Shown here: positions 37,464 through 46,541 of the stretch, piece after piece | How the letters are laid out: every line of letters begins with the position of its first letter | Position numbering within the stretch: position 1 is the first letter of the stretch | Origin: Mycobacteriales bacterium | GTDB taxonomy: Bacteria > Actinomycetota > Actinomycetes > Mycobacteriales > DASULA01 | Assembly: GCA_036278435.1 (NCBI GenBank) | Contig: DASULA010000093.1 | Span: forward strand, 1 to 60,676 | Length of the DNA: 60,676 bases | Reading direction: 5' to 3' | Notes under the pieces: generated by a model | Told to the model about the DNA's origin: nothing | The model's database searches: none | Seen by the model: only the letters and a program-made list of their open reading frames with translations | Program-made: the position numbers and the translations under genes

Positions 37464-38585
37464 TCATGCCAGCAGACCTCGCCACGCGTCTACCTGGTCA
37501 AGTATGGCGCAGTCGGGCACGGACGCAAAGTCGGCAGCTCTTCGCTGGACGGATCGTGAGTCAATGTCACCGTTCGACTCGATCGCGACCAATGCTGCCG
37601 ACAACACTAAGTAGGGGTCAGTCTGCTGCGCGGCTGAGGAGGTCACCCTGTAGGCGCGTAGGTCGGCAACGCTAACTTCGCCGTGAAGCACTGCATCTAG
37701 CACAGCGCGGATCTCCCTGGCGAGCGGGTAGCGGTCGCCGACCGACCCGGCCGTCTCGAAGCAAACGAACACGTCACCGTTGGTCGGCTCGAAGCGGACG
37801 GAGAGTCCATACCCGCCGGCACCGTAGCGAAAGCTCTCGTACAACCTTGGGACCGGGCCATAGACGAAAGCTCCGCACGCGATGGCAACGGCGCGCGCGC
37901 CCTCGTCCGTATCCACAGGCAATGAGAAGGCAACGCTGTTCCACACGCCCTTTCGGGCAAGTCGCTGCGCCGACCATCCCCCATCGAGCCTGTACCTGCG
38001 ACGGCAAGCACTCAGCGCACTGGTTCGATCAGCCTGTCCGTCGAGCCACCCATTGAATCGGCCGCCGAGACCAACCGGGGCTGGCCCGGCCACTCCGATC
38101 GCCCTCAGTACGGGCGCTAGGTCGGCGCATGCCCCCTCCGCTGCAATCGGCATCACCGTCAGACTCAGGCTGCGCCGGTCCTCGGGGTGGTAGAGCTTCC
38201 TTCTGGCCAACTGCTCTGTTCGGATCGGCGGCTGATGATCCGAACGTACCGCCGTCCCCAACTCGCCGTCGACAGATTCCCGGTAACCCTCGACGACCGA
38301 GGCCACCGTATCAACGATTCTCGGTGCATCACGGGGCAGACACTCAACGACCAGGTCAGCGTGGGCCCAGGCGATACTCCCTCTCACCGTCGCAGCTTCG
38401 GTGCAGAGAGCTCTGAGCAATCTTCCGCAGATGCGCCGCAGGAGCATCAGGCTGGCGCCGCGCTCACCGGCCTGCTCACCGAGGATCGAGAGTCCCAGCC
38501 TCAGGACGATGGTCGTCACGTGACAATGCGGAGTGACGAGACTTATCACTGGTATAGGCTGCTCCCGGTCTATTACCAGTCTCAC
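37464..38585 (-). CDS. M16-peptidase-like protein lacking the HxxEH zinc motif (probable non-catalytic partner subunit)
   Basis: Size and position suggest pairing with the M16 gene at 41925..43145. The place of HxxEH reads GASLMLLRRI. GTG at 38585 overlaps the MFS stop as GTGA. Contains an in-frame TTA codon at 37608-37610. Confidence 0.5.
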   Translation of the reverse strand: MRLVIDREQPIPVISLVTPHCHVTTIVLRLGLSILGEQAGERGASLMLLRRICGRLLRALCTEAATVRGSIAWAHADLVVECLPRDAPRIVDTVASVVEGYRESVDGELGTAVRSDHQPPIRTEQLARRKLYHPEDRRSLSLTVMPIAAEGACADLAPVLRAIGVAGPAPVGLGGRFNGWLDGQADRTSALSACRRRYRLDGGWSAQRLARKGVWNSVAFSLPVDTDEGARAVAIACGAFVYGPVPRLYESFRYGAGGYGLSVRFEPTNGDVFVCFETAGSVGDRYPLAREIRAVLDAVLHGEVSVADLRAYRVTSSAAQQTDPYLVLSAALVAIESNGDIDSRSVQRRAADFASVPDCAILDQVDAWRGLLA

Positions 38586-39868
38586 CGGGCGGTCACTTCG
38601 GTCCGCGACACCGAGTTGTCGAGCGTCCAAATGCTGCTCAGTGCTAACGGTAGGAAGCCGGCGACGAGCAGCGCTAGCCCGGCACCGACGAACAGCGGCC
38701 GCAGGCCGATGTGGCTGGCGAGGGAACCCGCGCCGACATAAGCGAGCGGTACGACGGCGAGCTGCCCGGAGTTCGATAGGCCGAAGATTCGACCCTGGAT
38801 TTCGCCGGAGAAGCTTGTCTGAAGGAGAACGGTGAACGACACGATACTTACGTCAAGCGCGACGCCAGTCATTGCTGTGGCGACGCAGATCAACCAGATC
38901 CCGTCCCAGTTCAATGCTAACGCGAACATTGGAAACGCCATCACACCTGTGGCGACGCACATTGCGACACCGGTCCGACTGGGCTGCCAGCGAACAAGCA
39001 AGAATGATCCCGTGATCATGCCTCCAGCGAAGCTGCTGGAAATCAAGCCCCAAGAGCTCGCGCCGCCCAAGCTTTCGTAGGCCTCAGTGGGACCGAGCAG
39101 CTGGAACCCGATGAGCCATACGAGCGTGCCGACAGCTCCCTGAAGCACCAACACTATGAGCCAGCCGTGCGACCGGAACTCCGACCAACCCTGCAGGAAG
39201 TCAGCGGTCGCTCGCACCCGATTGGTCTGCCTGCCCTGCTGCCTGTTCCCAGTCATCGCCAGCACTCGCAGTAGCAAAGCCGCGAGCAGGAAGGAAGCAC
39301 CATCCAAAGTAATGACCGAGGCGGGGCCCACCATACCGACGAGCCACCCGCCTAGCGCGGGGGCAACAAACTTGGTGACGCTGAAGCTCATCCGCAGCGC
39401 TGCTGTCGCCGTGACCAGGTCCTGCCGGGGGACCAGATCGCGCAGCACTCTTTGATATGCGGGAGCGAAGATCGCCGATCCGGAGCCGGTGATCGCCGCG
39501 CCGACCAGCAGGTACACGAGGGACTGGTACCAAAGCAGGCTAGCCGCGACGCCGAATTGGGACACGGCGACAACGACGTCGACAAGAACGATGAGCCGAA
39601 AACGCGGCAGGCGGTCGCACAAGACGCCTGCCGCAGGCATGAGCAGCGCCTGCGGTATCGCACTACACATTAGGACTAGACCCAGCGCTGTAGGTGATCC
39701 GCTTATGCGCAGAGCGCCGAAGGCAAGCGCGATAGTCGCCATTCCTGAACCGAACAGCGACACGGTTCGTGCTAGCGCGTAGCGGCGGTATGTGCCGTTA
39801 TTGCTCAGCAGCAGAAAGCGCCCGCGCATGCTTGGGAGTGCTTCCTTGGAGCCTGCGTAGTCAGCCAT
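38582..39868 (-). CDS. MFS transporter
   Basis: About 12 hydrophobic spans; 428 aa. Confidence 0.85.
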   Translation of the reverse strand: MADYAGSKEALPSMRGRFLLLSNNGTYRRYALARTVSLFGSGMATIALAFGALRISGSPTALGLVLMCSAIPQALLMPAAGVLCDRLPRFRLIVLVDVVVAVSQFGVAASLLWYQSLVYLLVGAAITGSGSAIFAPAYQRVLRDLVPRQDLVTATAALRMSFSVTKFVAPALGGWLVGMVGPASVITLDGASFLLAALLLRVLAMTGNRQQGRQTNRVRATADFLQGWSEFRSHGWLIVLVLQGAVGTLVWLIGFQLLGPTEAYESLGGASSWGLISSSFAGGMITGSFLLVRWQPSRTGVAMCVATGVMAFPMFALALNWDGIWLICVATAMTGVALDVSIVSFTVLLQTSFSGEIQGRIFGLSNSGQLAVVPLAYVGAGSLASHIGLRPLFVGAGLALLVAGFLPLALSSIWTLDNSVSRTEVTAR

Positions 39869-39877
39869 CGCCAGCCC

Positions 39878-41161
39878 TCACGCGGGGCGGCGCAACACGC
39901 CTAGACTGCACAAGACCCGTGCGACGCGGGCGGCCGCTTCGAATCCGATGCCCGGAAGCTCGGTCAGCGTGAAAGGTTCAACTTGCGTGCACAACTCCCG
40001 GCACGCCGCGACAGCAGGACGGCTCTGCAGTACCAAGCCACCCATGTCGGAAATTAGCAAAGCGGCCGTGGAATCGAATTCGAACAGTGGAAGAGGTACC
40101 GGGAGCGCGCGCGTCAGCACGGATTGCTGCGAGAGTTCTTGGCCTGGCTCCCGGTCGGTTAAACTGGTTTCCAGATAGGGCCGAGCGCTCATGAACATGC
40201 CTGCCGTCGTCAGGGCCGATAGGGTCGGCGCGTCTAGTGACACAACGAGCGCTGCGGTCTCGCCGAGGTAGCGTTCAAAACTCGCATCGCTTGTCGCCGC
40301 GTTCGTACGCTGCAGTACACCGCGCAAATTCTTGATGGTGTCGACGACAGCATTCCTCAGTAAATCCTCCTCTTGTTCGACTCGGACGCCGACAGTCAGA
40401 TGCAGCGAGTCGTTCGTGGTCGTCCGTGCCGCATGCTCCGTATTCCGTGGAAGGAACAGAACGTCACCTTCAGCCAGATCAATCACGGACGAGCCCATAC
40501 TTGGTACACTCCATTGCTTCGAGCCGCGCAACTGAACGACGACGACATCGTGCGGGTCCCGGTGCAAGTCAAATCCCTGATGCCCGCCGGCACGAGTGGC
40601 GTAGACGTTTGCGTGACAAGACCCTCGCATCACCCATGCCAACTGGCGGCACAAGAGCCCTACCGCCCGGCGGTAACGCTGGACCCCTTGCAAGATGATT
40701 GTCGCCCCAGCGAAATATAGGTCGCGGACCGCCCTTGGATCTGGCGCTCCGTCGACCAGCAGGTGTACTTGGTGGTCGATACCGGCCGAGTTTGCAGCTG
40801 ATCGGGCCAGGGGCCGCAGATACCTTGTCGGCTCCACAGTTTCGCCGTCCTTGGCGAGTCGGAAGTGCGCGGGCCGCAGCAGCTGCCCGAAGATGAGGGC
40901 GTCCACGTCCGGCCAGTCGAGCAGGTCGAAAAATGAGCCACGTTCTCGATGCACAACCGGCCCGTTGCTGGCCATCACGTTCTGCTCGAGATCGAGTCCA
41001 AGCCGGCGGGGCTGCCAGTCTTCACAGCGGTGGAACGGTCCCAACCACTCGAGCCGCGGGCGTTCCTCGCTGGCGACCGCGAGCTGCTTCAGCGTCGTGT
41101 GCACTGATTCAGTGACGGAAAGGTCGTCAGTGACGCGCGCGAGCCCAGCCGGCTTCATCAC
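39878..41161 (-). CDS. JmjC/cupin-4 family Fe(II)/2-oxoglutarate-type oxygenase
   Basis: GFDLHRDPHDVVVVQLRGSKQW...GDVLFLPRNTEHAART gives an HxD...H facial triad in the cupin-4 (ribosomal-oxygenase-like) arrangement. Confidence 0.7.
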   Translation of the reverse strand: MMKPAGLARVTDDLSVTESVHTTLKQLAVASEERPRLEWLGPFHRCEDWQPRRLGLDLEQNVMASNGPVVHRERGSFFDLLDWPDVDALIFGQLLRPAHFRLAKDGETVEPTRYLRPLARSAANSAGIDHQVHLLVDGAPDPRAVRDLYFAGATIILQGVQRYRRAVGLLCRQLAWVMRGSCHANVYATRAGGHQGFDLHRDPHDVVVVQLRGSKQWSVPSMGSSVIDLAEGDVLFLPRNTEHAARTTTNDSLHLTVGVRVEQEEDLLRNAVVDTIKNLRGVLQRTNAATSDASFERYLGETAALVVSLDAPTLSALTTAGMFMSARPYLETSLTDREPGQELSQQSVLTRALPVPLPLFEFDSTAALLISDMGGLVLQSRPAVAACRELCTQVEPFTLTELPGIGFEAAARVARVLCSLGVLRRPA

Positions 41162-41928
41162 CGCAGCCTCGCAGACATGAAGCGCGCTCCGCGATGGATG
41201 GTCAGTTGATCTTGATGTTCGGCATCGCGCGCAAGTTCAATAGTCGTCGCTCTGAACTCGTCGGCCGCGTGATCTGGCAGGCTCTCAACAAACCCACGTA
41301 GGCCATGGCTCATCTCTGACTCCCAGAAGTCAATCGGACTCGCGTACGTTACCGGGACCGAGACCGCCGTGACACGTACACTGTCGAAGCCTGCGTCGGT
41401 CAACTGCGGCACGAGGGTTTTGACGTTATGGGTCTCCCACACGCCCGGCAGTCGAAAGTCCGCGAAGCGTGCGATTAGGTCGCCGTATCCCGGTAGCTCG
41501 CCTTTTGGTGCAGTAGCGGGAGTCGATACGCCCACGATGCCTCCGGGTTTGAGAATGCGAGCAACTTCGAGAATGCATGCGTCGACATCCGTCGCGAAGT
41601 TGACCGCGAAGCCGAGGAATGCATAATCGAAGCTGGAGTTTCGCAACGGCAAGTGGGTCAAGTCGCCACGCACAACGCGACGCAGCCCGGCGGCTCTGGA
41701 TTTCGTTGTCATGCCGGAAGATAGGTCGCAACCAACGACTCGCGCTCGCCGGCGCCGGAGCGCGCCGCTGAGACCGATTGCACCGCGTCCACAGGCGAGA
41801 TCCGCGATCCATGCGTCGTCGCGCGGATCGACCCACTCAACAAGTGCCTCTCCGAGCGGCGGAAAAAACGGGACCTCCCCGTACCGATCCGACACCTTAT
41901 CGAATAGCGCCAGTACCTGAGAGTTCAC
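41158..41928 (-). CDS. Class I SAM-dependent methyltransferase
   Basis: IADLACGRGAIG motif I, VVGCDLS motif II. GTG at 41928 follows GGGAGG and overlaps the M16 stop as GTGA. Confidence 0.8.
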   Translation of the reverse strand: MNSQVLALFDKVSDRYGEVPFFPPLGEALVEWVDPRDDAWIADLACGRGAIGLSGALRRRRARVVGCDLSSGMTTKSRAAGLRRVVRGDLTHLPLRNSSFDYAFLGFAVNFATDVDACILEVARILKPGGIVGVSTPATAPKGELPGYGDLIARFADFRLPGVWETHNVKTLVPQLTDAGFDSVRVTAVSVPVTYASPIDFWESEMSHGLRGFVESLPDHAADEFRATTIELARDAEHQDQLTIHRGARFMSARLR

Positions 41929-43145
41929 GGTCGCCTCCCGCTGTGGTGGAAGATACCGACCGCTCCGCCACAGGTGAGAGCGACGGCAGCACATGTCAAA
42001 TTCCCGAGCTGGTTCCGGATGTCTGCTGCCGTCGTCCGGCGCAACTGGTGGACGTCACTGATCGGGTGCTGGGCTGCGCAGCCGCGAGCCGCGCGACCGG
42101 CCAGTTCGTCAGCCAGCGCCCCTGGACGCGATGCCTTCGACAAGATCTCAAGGGTCAGACCCCGCACCGCCGCAAGGTGAAGGGCTGCGAATTGACGATC
42201 GTCTTCGAGCAACTCGACCCATCTCCGTTGGACGTTCGCGGTGAAGCTTACACGGTGCTCATTGGGAAGCTGTCGAAGATCGAGTGCAATCAAGCTACCG
42301 TACCGGTCGGCCGGATAGTGCACGATTCGGCACGGGGCTATGTCCCGTTCCTGTGCCGCGTAGTCGCGAAGCATCCGAACTAGCACAGCGCTGGCGAGGA
42401 ACTGGGTCGAATCGCGCGCCGGGAAAGTCAACGCTGAGCATCGGTCATGGGTCCGCTGTGTATCGGTAACGCGGTCGTTCGAACCGCCGTTTACATCAGT
42501 GTTCAGCGCCGCACTGATGCGGTCGACCACACTTGAGAAGGATTCAGCGGTTACTATCGCGATCGTCAGCCGCTGCGCCCTGCAGCACCTTCGGACGAAG
42601 GCGCCGAGCTGGGCCGGCGTGGGTGCGGCATCGGCGTACGCCGGTCGCAGCGGAGCGCTATGGTAAGGATGAGTGGCTGGCCACGTCGCCCTCAGCAACC
42701 GGGGGTACAGGTCGCCGTCAGGACCTAGAGTTTGCATAAACCATTCGTCGTCGATGACTGCGCGCTCGCGTTCCAAGGATAGCGCGTTGACGCGCAGGCA
42801 ACCGCTCAGCCACCCAGTTGTGCGCTGTAGGCGCAGAAGCCGTCCCAGCATCTGGGCTGACACGTAACCGGAAAAGCGCATGCGGTCCACGGAGGTAGAT
42901 GCCCCCCAGCCGGGACACTCGGCGGCGACGGACGAGGGCAGGGCAGCCGTGCCTGCAGCGAACAGCAGGTGCTCGCTCAAGTGAGCAGCTCCCGCCTCCG
43001 ACGGTCTGTCCTCCTCTCGGGACCCAGCTTCGAAGTGCATTGCCACAGCCATCGGGTTCGCGTCGGGGCGATGCGCCCACACCACCCTCGTGCCCGTATC
43101 AAGACTCACCGCGCGACATCTCGGAGCGACGTCGGCGCTAGCCAT
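41925..43145 (-). CDS. M16-family (insulinase-like) zinc peptidase with an intact HxxEH motif
   Basis: FEAGSREED.PSEAGAAHLSEHLLF contains HLSEH. Start taken at MASADV (ATG 43145), overlapping the TfuA stop by 8 nt. Confidence 0.75.
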   Translation of the reverse strand: MASADVAPRCRAVSLDTGTRVVWAHRPDANPMAVAMHFEAGSREEDRPSEAGAAHLSEHLLFAAGTAALPSSVAAECPGWGASTSVDRMRFSGYVSAQMLGRLLRLQRTTGWLSGCLRVNALSLERERAVIDDEWFMQTLGPDGDLYPRLLRATWPATHPYHSAPLRPAYADAAPTPAQLGAFVRRCCRAQRLTIAIVTAESFSSVVDRISAALNTDVNGGSNDRVTDTQRTHDRCSALTFPARDSTQFLASAVLVRMLRDYAAQERDIAPCRIVHYPADRYGSLIALDLRQLPNEHRVSFTANVQRRWVELLEDDRQFAALHLAAVRGLTLEILSKASRPGALADELAGRAARGCAAQHPISDVHQLRRTTAADIRNQLGNLTCAAVALTCGGAVGIFHHSGRRP

Positions 43146-44481
43146 CGGCGGGCTCGTCGCGACGAAGCGACCAGAGGTAGAAGTAGCGTAACACCTCCGC
43201 CGCACCATCCGCGCTGTCGAAGCCTCGATCGCGCGCGGCCGCGTCGAGTTCGTCCGGACGGTCGATTATGTCCCAGAGTCCGACCAGCCGAGCTCGCAGC
43301 CGATCGGCCCGCAGATGGTGCACGCTACGACCAGGGTCGCTGGCGCTCGCTGCTCGACTGATCTCTAGCGCGTCGGCGACCCTAAGTGCTAGATCATCGT
43401 CGATCGCCTCATTCCACAGGATCTTGGAAAGGGGCCAGTCAGGCGCTGCCGGCGAGCTTCGGCACGAACGAACCAACAGTCGGGTCATGCACTCGTGTGA
43501 AGGCAGGTTCGTTAACTCCATCTCGGTTAACCAGAATCTCTTCTGTTCTGCGTCGAGCGACTCCCACGCGAGTCCGCGCTCGTTCGCTCGATGCACTGCC
43601 GCGAGCTCCACGTCCATGTCGATGAACCCGCGCGAGTCGCCGATGTCGGCGATCCAGCGCAGCACGAACCGGCGCCAGGCCGCGGCGAACGACGCGTCGA
43701 ATAGTTGCCGAAACTGCATGGCAGCCAGCCGCGGCACCCTGCGTCCATCGGACGTAGTCAGTGCCTGATAGCGCCGCAGCCAGTGCTGCAGGTACGTAGT
43801 GCGCCATGACCCCCAGTCGGCACTGCGCCCATCCGACTGTAGCTCGCCACGCCGGACGGCGCGAAGACATGCCAACGCATCCGCCCGTTTGCCGAGTTGC
43901 TGGTTCGACGGCTGCGCTACCCAGGCCCAAAAGTTCTCGAAGCGGGGACCGGACAACATTGACCGAAGTCGATGGGGCGTTCGATCGAGGTAATGGAGCG
44001 AACGGGCTGCCTCGACGACGTCGATCGCCTGTCTCTGGGTCAACACACCTGCACCGAGTGCAGCCTGCGTGCTGATCCGGACGTCGACAAGGGGCGTCGT
44101 CGTCTGCCGGAACCCGTGGTCAGCATCTGCGTGCGCTACCGCCACCTCGTCGTCACCATCGATCTCTTGAGTGGCATACATTTCGTATACCGATCCGAAA
44201 CCGATCATCCCGAATGCTGACAGCTCGGCGGCTCTAAGCGCACCCATGCTGCTACAGCCAATCACCGTGGTACCCGCGTCAAGACAGTGCAGGATCTCCT
44301 TGTGACGCACGGGTGCTGTCTGGTGAAACAGGCCGTCGATGATGACGATTATATCAGTCGCCTTGGGCTCGAGAGCGAGCAGGTCTCCATGCTGGATTGG
44401 CGGCAGCAGGGTGGCTCGGGGCAGATGGGATGCGACCTCGTCGCTTGCGAGGGTCGGGCCTGCAAACACGAAGGTGCTCAT
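43138..44481 (-). CDS. TfuA-like protein (long actinobacterial form)
   Basis: MSTFVFAGPTL.........LLPPIQHGDLL......IIVIIDGLFHQTAPVRHKEIL..LDAGTTVIGCSSMGALRAAEL..FGM.G.G.VY is the TfuA domain. ATGA overlap with the YcaO stop. Confidence 0.85.
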   Translation of the reverse strand: MSTFVFAGPTLASDEVASHLPRATLLPPIQHGDLLALEPKATDIIVIIDGLFHQTAPVRHKEILHCLDAGTTVIGCSSMGALRAAELSAFGMIGFGSVYEMYATQEIDGDDEVAVAHADADHGFRQTTTPLVDVRISTQAALGAGVLTQRQAIDVVEAARSLHYLDRTPHRLRSMLSGPRFENFWAWVAQPSNQQLGKRADALACLRAVRRGELQSDGRSADWGSWRTTYLQHWLRRYQALTTSDGRRVPRLAAMQFRQLFDASFAAAWRRFVLRWIADIGDSRGFIDMDVELAAVHRANERGLAWESLDAEQKRFWLTEMELTNLPSHECMTRLLVRSCRSSPAAPDWPLSKILWNEAIDDDLALRVADALEISRAASASDPGRSVHHLRADRLRARLVGLWDIIDRPDELDAAARDRGFDSADGAAEVLRYFYLWSLRRDEPADG

Positions 44482-45752
44482 GCCTCAGTTCCACATTCGG
44501 GGCGCGGGATCTCGTGCCGAGCCGTATACTCCGTTTTGGGCGCGATGACCCGGACCACCGCAAACTCCGGTTCGGTGCTGAGATCTACGACAATCGGCGA
44601 CACACGTGACCCACATTCGAGTCGAGCTGTCGCCCATTGCAGTTCGGCTTCATCCGTTTCAAGGCCATCCTGACACCTTGCAACATCCGGCCACGATATC
44701 AGTGAGGCGCGCAAACTTGGTGCCCGATAGCGGCCATTCGGCATTCGGTAGACCAGTGGACTGATGTCGTCGCGGGTACCCACAATGAAAGTGACTCTGC
44801 TTTGCGCTGCCTCGGTTATGGCCCGGGAGAGCGCGACCGCGGATGAAGAGTGTGCGCCCGAGCCGACTACCATCGCGCCGCCAAAGAAGGGACACCATAG
44901 GTAGCAAACATAGCAAGGTACACCAAATGGGTTCGGGGCACTCACGATCTCTACCCATGCATCCGCGGCGTGAAGGCGCCTGAGGAGTTCCCGGCAATGC
45001 GGATCATCTACCGTCTCAGGATCAATGTAAGTGCGCTCGTGTACACCGACGCGGCCAAGTCGGCTGGTGGCATCACGTTCGATGATCTCGTAGATCGCGT
45101 GGGTGGTGGCCTCAGCGAGCGTATTGCCCGACGCCAAGCCATTGCTTGACGCAGTAAGCATCCATACCCGCCAGTCACGGGAGATGTCGCGGCCCATCTG
45201 TACGGCTTCGCGCGGAACTAGGACGGTCCGGCCTGTAGCAAATTCGACGCCTTCGATCCAATCGAGCAATGCCTCGTCGGTTAGCAAGCTCCCAGCGTGC
45301 TGCTGCAGATCGCGCACCGCGTACGGCAAATCAAGCTCTCCGGCCGGCGTGTCGGTGAGGACTGCTTGCGGGACGGCGCGTTCCGCATGCCAGAGTTCGA
45401 TGGACTCCATCGCAGCGGAAACCCTGGCGGACGCCTTGTCGATTCCCTTGCCCTGCGACACTGTCAGGGTCGTCGCCAGCGGTCGGACAGCCATTACTAC
45501 CGGTATGTCGAGAATGTCGAGGCCCGTTACATCAGCCAGTCGGGTTAGTCGGTACTTCTGAAACTTCGGGGCGACGATATCGAATGTCTCGGCAGGGGAG
45601 CGCACCCGGTGTGTGCCATCGAAATATGTCTTCTTCACGATTCCGTCGCAGTCGTTGTGATGACCCATGACGCCCGGGAGGGCGGCACTGGATACCGCCA
45701 CTCCCGGGCAGATTTCACACGTCGTATACCGCGACGTCGAAGAATGCGACAT
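44478..45752 (-). CDS. YcaO-family ATP-dependent amide-activating enzyme (TfuA-associated type)
   Basis: KKTYFDGTHR, SQGKG, ESIELWHAE, SSNGLASGN, EAxxHAIYEIIERD, EAAQSR and GTRDD motifs. The start is ambiguous: 45752 overlaps the precursor ORF by 38 nt, while the ATG at 45668 leaves a 46-nt gap. Confidence 0.9.
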   Translation of the reverse strand: MSHSSTSRYTTCEICPGVAVSSAALPGVMGHHNDCDGIVKKTYFDGTHRVRSPAETFDIVAPKFQKYRLTRLADVTGLDILDIPVVMAVRPLATTLTVSQGKGIDKASARVSAAMESIELWHAERAVPQAVLTDTPAGELDLPYAVRDLQQHAGSLLTDEALLDWIEGVEFATGRTVLVPREAVQMGRDISRDWRVWMLTASSNGLASGNTLAEATTHAIYEIIERDATSRLGRVGVHERTYIDPETVDDPHCRELLRRLHAADAWVEIVSAPNPFGVPCYVCYLWCPFFGGAMVVGSGAHSSSAVALSRAITEAAQSRVTFIVGTRDDISPLVYRMPNGRYRAPSLRASLISWPDVARCQDGLETDEAELQWATARLECGSRVSPIVVDLSTEPEFAVVRVIAPKTEYTARHEIPRPECGTEA

Positions 45753-45876
45753 CGGGCACAGTGGCGTCGCCGCCTTGGTTCTGCGGCATCACTCCGTCGT
45801 CGAAGAGCTTCATGACGAAGTCTTGATCACTTAGCTCGACCGGGTCCGCCGTAGCCTCGGGGTCAACACTGCTCAT
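45715..45876 (-). CDS. Candidate RiPP precursor peptide (53 aa, or 55 aa from the ATG at 45882)
   Basis: Below the track length cutoff, so hand-translated: (MT)MSSVDPEATADPVELSDQDFVMKLFDDGVMPQNQGGDATVPDVAFFDVAVYDV. GGGAGG (45885-45890) lies 8 nt upstream of ATG 45876. Sits between the oxygenase pair and YcaO on the same strand. Confidence 0.6.
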   Translation of the reverse strand: MSSVDPEATADPVELSDQDFVMKLFDDGVMPQNQGGDATVPDVAFFDVAVYDV

Positions 45877-45911
45877 GGTCATCACCTCCCCTCAGTGGAA
45901 TCGTCGCCGCT

Positions 45912-46541
45912 CTAGTCGAGGGCGAAGTAACAGATGGTCGCGAGAATGCCCAGGTCTTCTGTCTCGAAAGGTGAACGCCAGTGCGGAATGTTGAACCCAT
46001 CGAAAGCCATGACGGTGCCTTGAGTAAGCGGCATCGTCGACGATGTCTGCGGAAAATCACCACGCTGGCTAAGCTCCTCTATGAGCGCGGAATTGGACAA
46101 CCCACGTAGTTCCGGAAGCCAGCCCATGATCCCAAGGTTGTCGGTAACCGCGATTGACAGGGTGACGGTGCATTTGAAGTCGTCGCGGTGGGCGGCCATG
46201 AAGTCGCCAGCCCGATAATATTTGTATCCCATTCGAGTTGGCACGATGATGTCGGATCGAAGGGCAGTACGGACAATGTCGATCAACGAGCGATCGTGTG
46301 CCATAGCCTTGAGCGCCGGACCGGCCCGATGTGCTCGACACCTTTGCGCGGAGGACAGCCCGCCCTCGCGGTGGGCCTTCCACCCGACCGCCGTGTTGAT
46401 TCGGTCGAAGGCCTCCGTCTCGAAGGATCTCGCTTCGTCCAACAGCGCCCGAGACCGCGACATGTCGAGCACACCTTGCACCTGAAAATGGCCATCACGC
46501 TGCCATGCCGCCGCAACGTCGGCGAGCGCCATGCTGGTCAT
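45912..46541 (-). CDS. Small HxD...H oxygenase-like protein (putative Fe(II)/2OG-dependent), paralog B
   Basis: GYKYYRAGDFMAAHRDDFKCTVTLSIAV ... FDGFNIPHWRSPF. Collinear with the upstream paralog. The start overlaps the upstream stop as ATGA. Confidence 0.55.
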   Translation of the reverse strand: MTSMALADVAAAWQRDGHFQVQGVLDMSRSRALLDEARSFETEAFDRINTAVGWKAHREGGLSSAQRCRAHRAGPALKAMAHDRSLIDIVRTALRSDIIVPTRMGYKYYRAGDFMAAHRDDFKCTVTLSIAVTDNLGIMGWLPELRGLSNSALIEELSQRGDFPQTSSTMPLTQGTVMAFDGFNIPHWRSPFETEDLGILATICYFALD

